Assembly: GCF_006345805.1 (NCBI RefSeq)
Contig: NC_043001.1
Location: 133,176,001-133,240,000 of the forward strand
Direction: 5' to 3'
Length of the DNA: 64,000 nt
Origin: Octopus sinensis
Taxonomy: Eukaryota
The notes under the pieces are model-generated. The model worked only from the letters and a program-made list of their open reading frames with translations, was not told where the DNA came from and searched no databases. This document shows, in pieces, positions 1-11,440 of the stretch (positions are counted from its first letter, which is position 1; each line of letters starts with the position of its first letter). A program made the translations under genes and the position numbers.

Positions 1-1260
1 ATCTTGATCTGGCAGAGTTTCTACAGCTGGATGCCTTCCTAATGCCAACCACTCTGAGAGTGTAGTGGGTGCTTTTATGTGCCACCGGCACGGGGCCAGT
101 CCGGCAGTACTGGCAATGACCGCACTCGAATCTTTTACACATGCCACCGGCACAGGTGCCAGCAAGGCGATGCTGGTAACAATCACGCTCAAATGGTGTC
201 TTTTATGTGCCACCGGCATGGAGGCCAGATAGCCGCTCTGGCAACGAACACACTTGGATGGTGCTCTTAATACCCTACTAGCACGGGGCTCGAGTGCCAG
301 TAAGGCGACACTGGTAACGATCACACTTGAATGGTGCCTTTTAAGTGCCACTGGCACAGTAGCCGGTTAGCTGCTCTTTCAATGATCACACTTGTATGGT
401 GCTCTTTGCACCCCACTAGCACGGACGCCTGTCATCGAATTTGATTTTGATTTCACTTGCCTCAACAGGTCTTCGCAAGCAGAGTTTTAGTGTCCAAAGA
501 AGGAAAAGGTATGCACAGTGGGCTGGTTATGCCCCTGGCCAAGGCCACGAGATTATGGTCTCATTTGGCTTGCCGGATTTTCTCAAGCACAGCATATTTC
601 CAAAAGTCTCGGTCACCAGTCATTTCCTTGGTGAGGCCTAAAGTTTGAAGGTCATGCTTCACCACTTCATCCCAGGTCTTCCTGGGTCTACCTCTTCCAC
701 AGCTTCCCTCAACTGCTAGGGAGTGGCACTTTTTCACACAGCTATCCTTATCCATTCTCACCACATGACGATACCAGCGCAGTCATCTCTCTTGCACACC
801 ACATCTGATGCTTCTTAGGTCCAACATTTCTCTCAAGGTACTTACACTCTGTCAAGTATGCACACTGACATTACACATCCATCAGATCATACTGGCTTCA
901 TTCCTTGCAAGCTTACGCATGTCCTCAGCAATCACAGCCCATGTTTCACTGCCATGTAGCATGGCTGTTCATACACGAGTCATACAGTCTACCTTTAACT
1001 CTGAGCGAGAGGCCTTTAGTCACCAGCAGAGGTAAGAGCTCCCTAAACTTTGCCCAGGCTATTCTTACTCTAGCAGCTACACTTTCAGTGCACCCTCCCC
1101 AACTACTGACTTGGTCTCCTAGATAATGGAAGCTATCAACTACTTCTAGTTTTTCTCCCTGGAATGTGGCGGAAGTTGTTCTCTGTGCATTTTCAGTGTT
1201 TATTGCTCCCGAGCATCTGCCACATACAAAAACTATCTTCCCCGTTAGCCTTCCTTTGAT
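1..1260 (-). mobile_element. RTE-clade LINE 3' fragment (family D) with 3'UTR tandem repeat
   Basis: ORF 561-764 GRGRPRKTWDEVVKHDL (RTE C-terminus). The same sequence recurs at 28.3 kb and 44.6 kb. About six ~61-nt repeat units at 70-430. Confidence 0.85.
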
Positions 1261-1310
1261 ATTACTGCACCTCTTATGTGTCCATAGCTTACATTGGGTA
1301 AGCTAAACAT

Positions 1311-1319
1311 AATACATAT

Positions 1320-1388
<69 letters not shown>

Positions 1389-1648
1389 TATGTATATACA
1401 TATATATGTATATATGTATGTATTATGTTTAAGTTATAGTTTTGTATATTAAGGTAAAATATCTAATAGTTATTAATAGAAATATATAAATGTATGATTA
1501 TTAATGTATATATATATATATATTATATATATATATATACATATATATGTATATATGTATGTATTATGTTTAAGTTATAGTTTTGTATATTAAGGTAAAA
1601 TATCTAATAGTTTATTAATAGAAATATATAAATGTATGATTATTAATG

Positions 1649-1681
<33 letters not shown>

Positions 1682-1682
1682 A
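1311..1682. repeat. (TA)n microsatellites with a ~145-bp tandem duplication
   Basis: tatgtattatgtttaagttatag...gattattaatgta occurs twice (~1405-1510 and ~1555-1650). Confidence 0.85.
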
Positions 1683-1699
1683 CCCAGAAAGACATTATA

Positions 1700-2030
1700 T
1701 TAAATATTAAGGTATTAATATTTGTATTTTTCTTTAATCTTACAATCACAAAATTTACTAAGGTTATCTTTGGAATTCACTAAAATAGTTGGATTTTTGG
1801 TAGTTATTTCCCTTTGATAGTTTAAACTAAAATTATCAGAATTATTCATGGCAGATATATAATGTATGTTATTTCCAGGAGAAATATTAATTTTTTGATT
1901 CTCGTAATAATTATCTAATTTTGCATTATTAATAGAAGATATACATCTAAAAATGTTTCTAGTAACTGAAAAACCATATATTAAAAATTTTACTATTAAT
2001 AATTTCCCTATACTTATTACAAGCAAAGTA
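1700..2030 (-). mobile_element. Possible degenerate Penelope-like RT-endonuclease linker fragment
   Basis: GFSVTRNIFRCISSINNAKL...FCDC resembles the PLE linker (SYS.T.N+..II...N.K.L...CNC). Weak match. Confidence 0.3.
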
Positions 2031-2269
2031 CCTGTTTTTCAGTCTACGTATACATTTGACTAAATTAGTCTTAATTTGTTTAGCAAAATGTAAGATTAGC
2101 CAAATAATATTTTCATTTATTTTGGTATTAGTATGGTGATTCCAAGTTTTTTAAAAACGATGTGAGGAGCCTTTTTGGTAAAAGAAAACCAACAAAATTG
2201 TAAATATTTTTAGAGGTGAACTTCAAGGGAGGTTTGGCTGTTTTTTAATATACTAGTATAATTTTTATA

Positions 2270-2557
2270 ATAATAATGAAATTATTGTATACAGTGCTCA
2301 GGTGCACCACAACTTGTCAGAAAGTGCGTATAAAGTGTATGCAGTAATGTACAAATGTCTGGAAAGCGAACAATGTATGAGTCAGATACATGCTTGTGTG
2401 TGTATGGAGGAGAGAAAATCAGGTGTAGTGTTGGCGAATCTCAGAAAGCATGGAAGTTTTGAAGGATGCAGTGCTCCGACAACTAACAACCGATGCAGGC
2501 AGTTTGTTCCATGCTTCAGCAACTCTCAGCGTGAAAACATGTTTCCGAAAGTTTTGT
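2270..2557 (-). mobile_element. CR1/L2-type LINE 3' end
   Basis: Reverse complement of the HFFTLRVAEAWNKLPASVV...EIRQHYT family with (ATT)n tail; five copies in the window. Confidence 0.8.
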
Positions 2558-2916
2558 AAAAAAAAAAGTGATTTTGTTGTTATGGCTGTTTGGAATGCTA
2601 TAATAACTATCCGGACTGATTTTGGTCATTTTTTCTTTAATTAAAAACCATGGGAGGAGCCTTTTCAGTACAAAAAAAAAAAATTATAAATATTCAAGGG
2701 AGGTTTGGTTGTTGTTTCAAGCACAACTCAACTTACCTTCCATTTTCACTCTCACGTGTATTCATGTTTTTTTAATATTTTTCTCCCATTAAACACATTT
2801 TATAGAATGATGATGCTGAAGTAACACACATGTGGTCCATTGGTGGAATATAAGTAACAAAAACAATTGTAATCTAAATTTTTACCCCCACCTCAATCAA
2901 ACGATGCTGTGTGTAT

Positions 2917-3272
2917 CATCATCATCATCATCATCATTTAACGTCCGTTCTCCATGCTAGCATGGGTTGGACGGTTCGACTGGGGATCTGGGAAGCCAGA
3001 AGGCTGCACCAGGCTCCGGTCTTATCTGGCAATGTTTCTACAGCTGGATGCCCTTCCTAACGCCAACCACTCCGTGAGTGTAGTGGGTGCTTTTTACGTG
3101 CCACCTGCACTGGTGCCAGGCGAGGCTGGCATCGGCCACGGTCGGATTGGTGCATTTTACGTGCCACCTGCACGGAAGCCAGTCGAGGCGGCACTGGCTT
3201 CGGCCACGATTCGGATGGTGCTTTTTACGTGCCACCGACACGGAAGCCAGTCGAGGCGGCGCTGGCATCGGC
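2917..3272 (-). mobile_element. RTE family D 3' tail
   Basis: (CAT)n tail, ...gtccgttctccatgctagcatggg and three repeat units. Confidence 0.8.
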
Positions 3273-3321
3273 CTAAGAAAAAACATTTTCTAACAGAAAG
3301 GTATGCTATTAAAATGAACTA

Positions 3322-3715
3322 TCTTTATATATAAAAGTCAAGTTGTGTGTCTGTCTCCTACGATTTAGATTCCTAACTACTCCCACATTTTGCAGTGCAG
3401 TTTAACCAAAACCGGGTATCTTATAGTCGTGACTCATATCGAGCCCGTCTGGGTATTAGCATGCGTCTACGACGAGTCTACGATTTTTAAAAAAAATTAC
3501 CATCAATTTTTCCCATTTTTTAATGCATTTTTGGCATATATAAGGGAAGTAACTCTCTAAAAATTTATTATTAAATCTCAGAACGTAAAAAGCTTCAGTA
3601 ACACCCCCCCTTTGTGGTTAGCCATATTGAGATGGCTATTATACTTTACATCTCTAAAAATGCTTATATAGTTATTTCCCTTACAAACCCGAGCAACGCC
3701 GGGCGATACTGCTAG
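3322..3715 (+). mobile_element. Non-autonomous Helitron, copy 1
   Basis: A|TC...CTAG|T termini, subterminal hairpin CCCGAGCAACGCCGGG, no TSD. Confidence 0.85.
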
Positions 3716-3829
3716 TTGTTTATGTAACTCTTTCTTTAAATCACTGTGGAAAAATGCCAGCAATGACCTTTTCAGGTTTTCCAGTATTTTAATTTCTAAA
3801 CAGGAACAATTGGGGGCAGGGAATGGGGT

Positions 3830-4560
3830 TGCCAAAAGTTCATAATTTTTCGAATTTTCTTTTCTTTAGCAGATAAATGCATTTATGGGGAGAAAAATAT
3901 TGAAAAGCATCAATTCATGCAGGTGTGATAAAGAAATGTGGAAGGGTGTCGTGGGATGTGCTAGAAACAACAGCCAAATCTCTCTTAAGTCACTCACTTT
4001 TCCCTCTGAAAATTTTAACAATTTCTTTTTTTTTTTCTACCAAAATGGCTCCTCCCATGGTTTTAAAGTTCCACAAAAATTGGCCAAAATAGGTCTGGAG
4101 TGGGTTGATGTGGGAGGAAGGGGATGTTCTACAAAAATTTTCAAAGCTATATCTCATGCAAAGATGCCCCACCCCCACCCGATCATTTGAAAGGTTGTGG
4201 TTTAAAAAATGGGGGAAATCCCTGTCAAAACAGAGTAGTCCTAACTTATTTGGTCTTCCTGATCCCAAACTCCTCTCCCTACCCCCTCAGAAAAAATTTT
4301 CCACGCAAATTTCTTTATAATCGTAATTTATGCTGTTTCAAAGGTATTTGTATAAACTTTCATTAAAAGATACCCATTTCCTGAAAGTTGAGGGAAAAAT
4401 TCGGACTGCGTGAATTTTCCCAAACTCAGAAAAAGTCTTTCCCATTAATTCCTATATACTCTGAAGTCACAACATCTAAGCAGTATTTGTAGAAAATTTC
4501 TTTAAAAAGTATCCATTTTTCTGGATGTTATGAGGCAACAAAGTTGGGGGGCATATATAT
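3830..4560. repeat. Degenerate dispersed repeat with a recurring module (possibly Helentron-like)
   Basis: Module tatttgta.aaa.tttc.ttaaaa...at.c.att..tctg...ttatgagg recurs at ~4346, ~4485 and ~12260. Confidence 0.35.
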
Positions 4561-4644
4561 CTGTTGTTGTGCCCTTTTATTTATATGATCTTTTAATTTC
4601 ATGTTGGCGGACTTCAGGACACATGGAAATTGTGAAGGATGTAG

Positions 4645-5232
4645 CTTTCGACCGACTTTCCAGGAAGTTAGAAAAATCTCGGAACTTTCCATGAAATCCA
4701 CGGGACTTTCCAGGAAGTTTCCGACCAATTTTCCAGGAAGTTGGGAAATCACCGGAACTTTCCAGGACGTTTCCGGTCAAATTTCCAGGAAGTTGGGGAA
4801 TTCACGGAATTTTCCATGAAATCATCGGAACTTTCCAACGATTTTCCAGGAAGTTGGGGAATTCGCGGAACTTTCCATGAAATCCTCGGGATTTTCCAGG
4901 AAGATTCCGAGTAATTTTCCAGGAAGTTGGGAAATCCCCAGAACTTTCCAGGAATTCCGCGGATCTTTCCATGAAACCATCGGAGTTTTCCAGGAAGTTT
5001 CCGACCAATTTTCCATTAAGATGGGAAATCCCTGGAACTTTCCATGAAATCCTCGGAACTTTCCAGGAAGCTTCCGATTGATTTCGCAGGAAGTTGGGAA
5101 ACCCCCGGAACTTTCCATTAAATCCTTGGAACTTTCCAGGAAGCTCCCGGACGATTTTCCAGGAAGATGGGGATCCCCGGGACTTTCCGGAAAATCCTCG
5201 GAACTTTCCAGGAAGTCTCCGGCCAATTTTCC
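4645..5232. repeat. Quasi-palindromic minisatellite of GGAACTTTCC / TTCCAGGAAG units
   Basis: At least 12 TTCCAGGAA and 5 TTCCATGAA counted by eye. The long ORFs here are repeat artefacts. Confidence 0.9.
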
Positions 5233-5334
5233 AGATATTTCTTTGTACTATATTCAGATAATTGTATAATGTTTTGGTTGGAAATAGCTGTGGGAATGAC
5301 CTGAACATTGTGAATAAAAACAAAGTCGAGTATG

Positions 5335-5545
5335 TTATTTTCCCCTAATTGGACGGGTAATGATTTGTTGTATGGGAAAGTCTTTTGTTGTATCGAGAAA
5401 AGGGTTCATATCCCTCCACTTCAGTTGCTTAGTTCCAGGCTGGATATAATCCTCGGACCAGCAAAGATTAGTAAGATTAAAGACCCCTGTTAAAAGTATA
5501 TTAGCTTGTGTGCTGGCCTCAGCTAGGGTTAGACTTATGAGCAAA
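5335..5545 (-). mobile_element. LINE apurinic-endonuclease fragment (CR1/Jockey group)
   Basis: ILLTGVFNLTNLCW...FLD...IQQIITRPIRG resembles the GDFN.P.I.W...L.Q.V..PTR motif. Confidence 0.55.
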
Positions 5546-6439
5546 AAATAGCACCTCTGAAGTGATCTTCGTGGTTAACCGCGTTAGGATGGCGGTAGGT
5601 AATGCTTTTAATATAATTTCCTTTTTATATAAATAGTCTGAAATTGTCGAATACATTTCTTTGCAAATTAGGTAATTTCGGGGTTGGTCTGCAATCATTT
5701 ATAGTTAAATGTTTCCTTTCAAAATCTTTTTTTTTTAAAGCTAGACTATTATTTCGAATGAGCAATAAGTATCAAAGCATTTAACAATGAGCATTAAATA
5801 TCAAAGATAAAAATAAATCATTTTGTTCCCTTGTCAAACTTTGGGCCTAACAACCTAAATGAGAAAACCGATATGACTGAAAGAATTTTTAAAGGGCTTT
5901 TATTTTTAGGCTGAGGTCAAACAGTCGAATCCATTCAACCGTGTCGTCAGTCTTTAGCAACGTCAACTACAAAGAACTTGAGAGGTGACAGACTGAGAGA
6001 GGACAAGAACCTTCACACATTTTCAGCATTGCAAGATTTTGGAGTTATTTTTGTCAGAATAGAGCTGTCTTCAAGAATCCAAGTGATGCTATGTATTGAA
6101 GAGTAGCCGTAGATGCTGGCCATCTTGTTGTTTGCTGCTACTGTTGTTGTCACATACTTTTTATTTTGACGCTACTTTGCTTCAGAAGTTGGTTAGTCAT
6201 GAATTCCCTTGGGAATTTTAAGCCCAGCTTCATCACTTTTATTTATTTTTGCTCTTTGTTTTTGCTTTGAAATGAAATTTAGCTTCAAACATCTTATACA
6301 GATAATTTTTTAGACACTATTTTCTGAAACTGGTAAAATTATGTAGGGGGTGCAAATTTTGATCTTGCACCACCTGAAAATTCCAAGGGGTGCAGGTGCA
6401 CCCGCGGCACCCCTTGTTTCCGGGCCCTTGCACATACTC

Positions 6440-6472
6440 TCTCTCACTCACACACACACACACACACACACA

Positions 6473-6515
<43 letters not shown>

Positions 6516-6742
6516 TAAGTTTAATTTTGCAATTCAACATAGGGCATCCAAAAACTATGGACTTTCTTTCGTTTGAACCCGCACACTTCGTTAATTTCCA
6601 TAATTTTTTTTTATTTATTTACTTTTTGCGCTCGAAGGATTTGTAGTCAGTTACACACGTACACGTGTGTTTTTGTATGTACGTTTGTATACATCTATGT
6701 ATGTGTGTGTGTGTGTGTGTATGTGTCAGTGTGTTTGTGTGT

Positions 6743-6773
<31 letters not shown>

Positions 6774-6890
6774 TGAAGAGGTGTGTTGTCATGTATACGT
6801 CCATACATAAATACATATGCATACATCCTTTTTGTATCTATGTGTGTGTGAGAGAGAGAGAGAGAGAGAGTGGTGTCTATGTGGTACTTA

Positions 6891-6947
<57 letters not shown>

Positions 6948-7031
6948 GCGCGCATACATAAAAAAGTTGTATGTTTATTTATTTATGTATGTACGTATAC
7001 ATGACAACAACACCCTCTCTCTCTCTCGCTC

Positions 7032-7069
<38 letters not shown>

Positions 7070-7139
7070 AGGCACACATACAAAAAAGTGTTTATTTATT
7101 TATGTATGTACGTATACATGACAACAACACCTCTTCACC

Positions 7140-7170
<31 letters not shown>

Positions 7171-7210
7171 TCTCTCACGCACATATACATATAACAAAGT
7201 TGTATGCTTA
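6440..7210. repeat. Compound (CA)/(CT)/(GA) microsatellites with a repeated spacer in both orientations
   Basis: Unit tatgtacgtatacatgacaacaacacc occurs at ~6990, ~7105 and ~7622; its reverse complement is at ~6783. Confidence 0.85.
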
Positions 7211-7221
7211 TTTATTTATTA

Positions 7222-7621
7222 CTAGCAGTATCGCCCGGCGTTGCTCGGGTTTGTAAGGGAAATAACTATATAAGCATTTTTAGAGAGTTATAGCCAAAAG
7301 TTAGTAAAAAAAATGCATTAAAAATGGGAAAAAAATGATGGTAAATTTTTTTTTTAATCGTTGACTCATCGTAGACATTTTTAGAGAGTTACTTCCCTTA
7401 TATAATAGCGAAAAAATGCATTAAAATGGAAAAAAAATTATGGTAATTTTTTTTTTAAATCGTAGACTCATCGTAGACGCGCGCTAATACCCAGAAGGGC
7501 TCGATATGAATCACGACTATAAGATACCCGGTTTTGGTTAACCTGCACCGCAAACTGTGGGAGTAGTTAGGAATCTAAATCATAGGAGACAGACACACAA
7601 CTTCACTTTTATATATAAAAA
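7222..7621 (-). mobile_element. Non-autonomous Helitron, copy 2
   Basis: A|CTAGCAGTATCGCCCGGCGTTGCTCGGG... matches copy 1 reversed; internal subunit duplicated. Confidence 0.85.
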
Positions 7622-7656
7622 TGTACGTATACATGACAGCACAACCCCTTCTCTCA

Positions 7657-7687
<31 letters not shown>

Positions 7688-8160
7688 CCTCTCTCTTTCA
7701 CACAAACACACACATCCATTTTATCTGATGTTTGATACTGTATGTGTGTGTGTGTGTGTGTACCTGCATTCATGAAGGGTTCCACGGTCGCCAGAAAAAA
7801 GCGGAGGAATTTTCTTTCTTGATGCTCCTGGTGGCACAGGTAAAACATTTGTAACAACATTGCTTCTCTCCAAGGTAAGGCAACAAAAAAAGAATTGCAG
7901 TTGCTGTAGCATCGTCAGGCTTTGCTGCCACCATTCTCCCAGGAGGACAAACAGCTCATTCTGCTTTTAAATTATCACTAAACCTGGTCACAAAAGACAG
8001 TCCAATTTGTAACATAAGCAAAGAATCAAGTTCAACAGAAGTTTTATGCTAATGCCACCTTATCATTTGGGATGAATGCACCATGTCACATAGATGTACA
8101 ATGGAAGCTCTTGGTAAGATCATACAAGACATTAGAGGCAACAATAAATCTATAGGAGGA

Positions 8161-8390
8161 GTTGGCGAGCTGGCAGAATCATTAGCACGCCGGGCGAAAT
8201 GCGTAGCCGTATTTCGTCTGCCGTTACGTTCTGAGTTCAAATTCCGCCGAGGTCGACTTTGCCTTTCATCCTTTCGGGGTCGATAAATAAAGTACCAGTT
8301 TCGCACTGGGTCGATATAATCGACTTAATCCCTTTGTCTGCCTTTGTTTGTCCCCTCTATGTTTAGCCCCTTGAGGGCAGTAAAGAAATA
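8161..8390 (+). mobile_element. tRNA-headed SINE family C
   Basis: Head ggcgagctggcagaa...gttcaaattcc and tail gtaaagaaata; four copies in the window. Confidence 0.8.
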
Positions 8391-8704
8391 TATATTAGTT
8401 TTATCAGGAAACTTCAGATAGACATTACCAGTCATTCCGAGACGAACAAGATCTGATTAAATAAAAGCATGCATTAAGTCTTCCCGCCTATGGAATGAAG
8501 TACAGACATTCTCCTTCAATACTAATATGCGAGCTTTATTACATGGGGACCAATGTGCAAAACAGCTTCCAACCTGGCTCCTCCAATTAGGAAATGGGAA
8601 AGTACCATTTGATGGGAATGGTGATATCAGTTTGGCTCATATTACTAACATGGTGAATTCCCCAGCTGAACAGGGGTTTTCCAGACTTAAGTAATAATTA
8701 TAAT

Positions 8705-9175
8705 TCACTTGCCAGCCTCGCCTGGCCCCCGTGCCGGTGGCACGTAAAAGCACCATCCGTTCGTGTCCGTTGCCAGCCTCGCCTGGCCCCCATGCCGGTG
8801 GTACGTAAAAGCACCATCCGTTCGTGTCCGTTGTCAGCCTCGCCTGGCCCCCGTGCCGGTGGCACGTAAAAGCACCATCCGCTCGTGTCCGTTGCCAACC
8901 ACACCTGGCCCCCGTGCCGGTGGCACGTAAAAGCACCATCCATTCGTGGCCGTTTGCCAGCTCCGTCTGGCACCTGTGCGGGTGGCACATAAAAAGCACC
9001 CACTACACTCATGGAGTGGTTGGCGTTAGGAAGGGCATCCAGCTGTAGAAACACTGCCAGATCAGACTGGGCCTGGTGCAGCCTTCTGGCTTCACAGACC
9101 CCAGTTGAACCGTCCAACCCATGCTAGCATGGAAAGCGGACGCTAAATGATGATGATGATGATGATGATGATAAG
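8705..9175 (+). mobile_element. RTE family D 3'UTR with five ~61-nt tandem units
   Basis: Units start at 8711, 8772, 8833, 8894 and 8956; (GAT)n tail. Confidence 0.85.
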
Positions 9176-9557
9176 TGGTTGTGTATAAAAAATGGTTGCT
9201 CCAAAAAAATGAGACTAGCAAGGATTAACCATAAATTAACAGATAAGATTCCAACAGTCATTAAGGAGTACAAATTAGTAGATTCAGTCCTTGATGAAAA
9301 TCAAGTTTTCCTTAATTCTCTTGGGCTACCTGGAACTCCTCTACATAAATGTTTTCTGATGGTAGGAGTCCCAATAATGCTTCTAAGAAATTTAGATCCT
9401 CCTAAATTATGCAATGGGACAAAGTTGATTGTGAAGACATTATCACCTAATGAGACAGAAGCTACCATCATCATTGGATGTGCCTCTGGGGAAGAGGTTT
9501 TCATTCCAAGAATTCCAATCAAACCAACAGATTCCATTTGAGTTCAAACAAAGACAC

Positions 9558-9603
<46 letters not shown>

Positions 9604-9669
9604 AACAACAACAACAACAATATCGAAAAATACTTTAGGACTGAGAACCCAGGTTCAAAATTACCCCAA

Positions 9670-9715
9670 GACACCTGATGAAGGCTAGAGGGTATATCAG
9701 CCAAAACGTTGTGTT
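9670..9715 (+). ncRNA. Minimal type-I hammerhead-like motif, G12A (probably inactive)
   Basis: GACAC-CUGAUGA-A-GGCU[12 nt]AGCC-AAAAC-GUU-GUGUU: stems I and II pair, and stem III is the palindrome AACGUU. Confidence 0.6.
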
Positions 9716-9899
9716 AATAACAAACAAGATAAGGACAAATATCCTACATACAATACAATTGTTCTCTGTACACAGGGACCTATCAAAAAGATAACTTCTA
9801 CAAATCAGGGATTTCTATTACTTTAATCTGTAAAGATTTTCTTAAAAGGTATGTTGGTTCACTTCCAGAGGTAGCATCAATGAACATATCACTGGTATT

Positions 9900-11440
9900 T
9901 TTTGTTGTCATACCATGAGTTGGCATTATCTATCTTTTTCTGATCCTTTAAGTGCTGTTCCAGGATTTATTTCTGTATAGTAAGCAGATCCCTTTGCATC
10001 ACTTTCTATGATAGCTTTGCACTTAGCCTTGGCCCCTTTATACTCTCTGATCCTGTCCCTTTGGTTGTATCCAGAGAACTGCATGTGGTAGATGAAGTGT
10101 TGTATGTGCCTTTCCATTTCCATAGGGTCACACATGCGAGACACATTCCTCATCACTCTCACCAAGTCTGCTATAAGAATATTGAATTTGGCATTGTCTG
10201 CAATGGCTGTGTTCTTGTGGACCAGGTATTTAGAGGCCATAGGCTTGGCATAATGGGAGTGAAGAATCTGGACCTTACTGTTCTTGGTTTCCAGCCAGAG
10301 TTTCGTGTCTAAAACTGGTAGCTTATAGTTCAGGTGCTTGTTAAGGTAGTCTATTGTTACTTTAATACTCTGGTGGATGGAGTTAGCTATTTGCTCGATG
10401 CTCTCCATAGTGTTAGCTTCTAGATCATCAACATTGTCTTGTAGGGGTGGTTTGGCTGCTATGCTAATATCATCCACATAGCGGGAGTACATGGTTAGGG
10501 TTATGGAGTTCTTTGCTAATTTCTCTTTGAGTCTCCTATCCCACTATACCATAAACAGGTTAGCTACATCACCAGTGATACTGGCACCAATGATTTCACC
10601 TTCCTTTTGGTCGTATACCTATTTCTTTACTACCCACAAGGGGCTAAACAGAGAGAGGACGAACAAGGATAGCCAAACGGATTAAGTCGATTATATCAAC
10701 CCCAGTGCGTAACTGGTACTTAATTTATCGACCCCGAAAGGATGAAAGGCAAAATCGACAACGGCAGAATTTGAACCCAGACAAAATACCTATTTCTTTA
10801 CTACCCACAAGGGGCTAAACAGAGAGAGGACAAACAAGGACAGACAAATGGATTAAGTCGATTATATCAACCCCAGTGCGTAACTGGTACTTAATTTATC
10901 GACCCCGAAAGGATGAAAGGCAAAGTCGACCTCGGCGGAATTTGAACTCAGAACGTAGCGGCAGACGAAATACGGCTACGCATTTCGCCCGGCGCGCTAA
11001 CGTTTCTGCCAGCTCGCCGCCTTTTGGTCATATATCTTGTTATTAAACTTAAACATGTGGCCCTTGAGTGTGATTTTGATACTCACATCCACCGCATGTG
11101 CAACCATCTTTTTTTTCAGGGGTGTGACCATCTTTTTTTCAGGGGTCCATATAGCTCTGGTCCACCCATTCTATTTCTCTCTAGGGGTCTTCTTAGCCAC
11201 AGTGGTTATAGTAGGGTATCTACCTCTTACCAATCTAGTGGGGCGAAAACAACAAAGGTCTTGTTTATCTAAGTAATCATTGTCACATGTCAGTCTCAGG
11301 AGGTGGCTCAGTTCTTCTGTGTCAACACCACAAAACTCTACATTGCTCTCATTGATCATCTCCACACATTTCTCGAGAGCAAAATCAACATCAATGGATC
11401 AATATAAGGATACTAAGTCTATATGGACAATGGACATGAG
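9900..11440 (-). mobile_element. Penelope-like element reverse-transcriptase relic, split by SINE C
   Basis: SIDVDFALEKCVEM...VDTEEL; VYDQKEGEIIGASITGDVANLFM*...YSRYVDDI; LPVLDTKLW...HYAKPMAS. Confidence 0.75.
10618..11021 (-). mobile_element. SINE family C with partial tandem duplication of its 3' half
   Basis: TSD TTTTGGTC(G/A)TATA at 10605-10617 and 11022-11034. Confidence 0.85.

Larger units (their letters stand above)
7780..9540 (+). pseudogene. Helitron PIF1-family helicase relic, interrupted by a SINE and an RTE tail
   Basis: FFLDAPGGTGKTF (Walker A), IIWDECTMSH, NFR*TLPVIP, VGVPIMLLRNLDPPKLCNGT, VFIPRIP. Stops and frameshifts present. Confidence 0.9.

Noticed and set aside
70-430. 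CRISPR-like appearance of the regular 61-nt repeats (also of the 4.6-5.2 kb array)
   Set aside because: The units are head-to-tail with no unique spacers, there are no cas genes, and the context is eukaryotic; the 61-nt repeats belong to a LINE 3'UTR.
1715-2026. AT-rich N/K/I-rich ORF as an endogenous viral gene (also considered for 29.5-30.9 kb)
   Set aside because: No viral motif is recognisable. The 30-kb region carries clear Penelope GIY-YIG motifs, and this one weakly resembles the same linker.
8772-8832. HDV-ribozyme-like P3/L3 (CCAG-CCUCGC-CUGG) in the RTE repeat unit
   Set aside because: P2 and the catalytic J4/2 (C-N-A-A) do not fit, P1 is not contiguous with P3, and HDV-like ribozymes of RTEs are expected at the 5' end. 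An RNArobo search could revisit this.
9009-9221. Poly-His, poly-Met and poly-Asp peptides in short ORFs
   Set aside because: They are translations of the (GAT/CAT)n tails of RTE family D and similar simple repeats.
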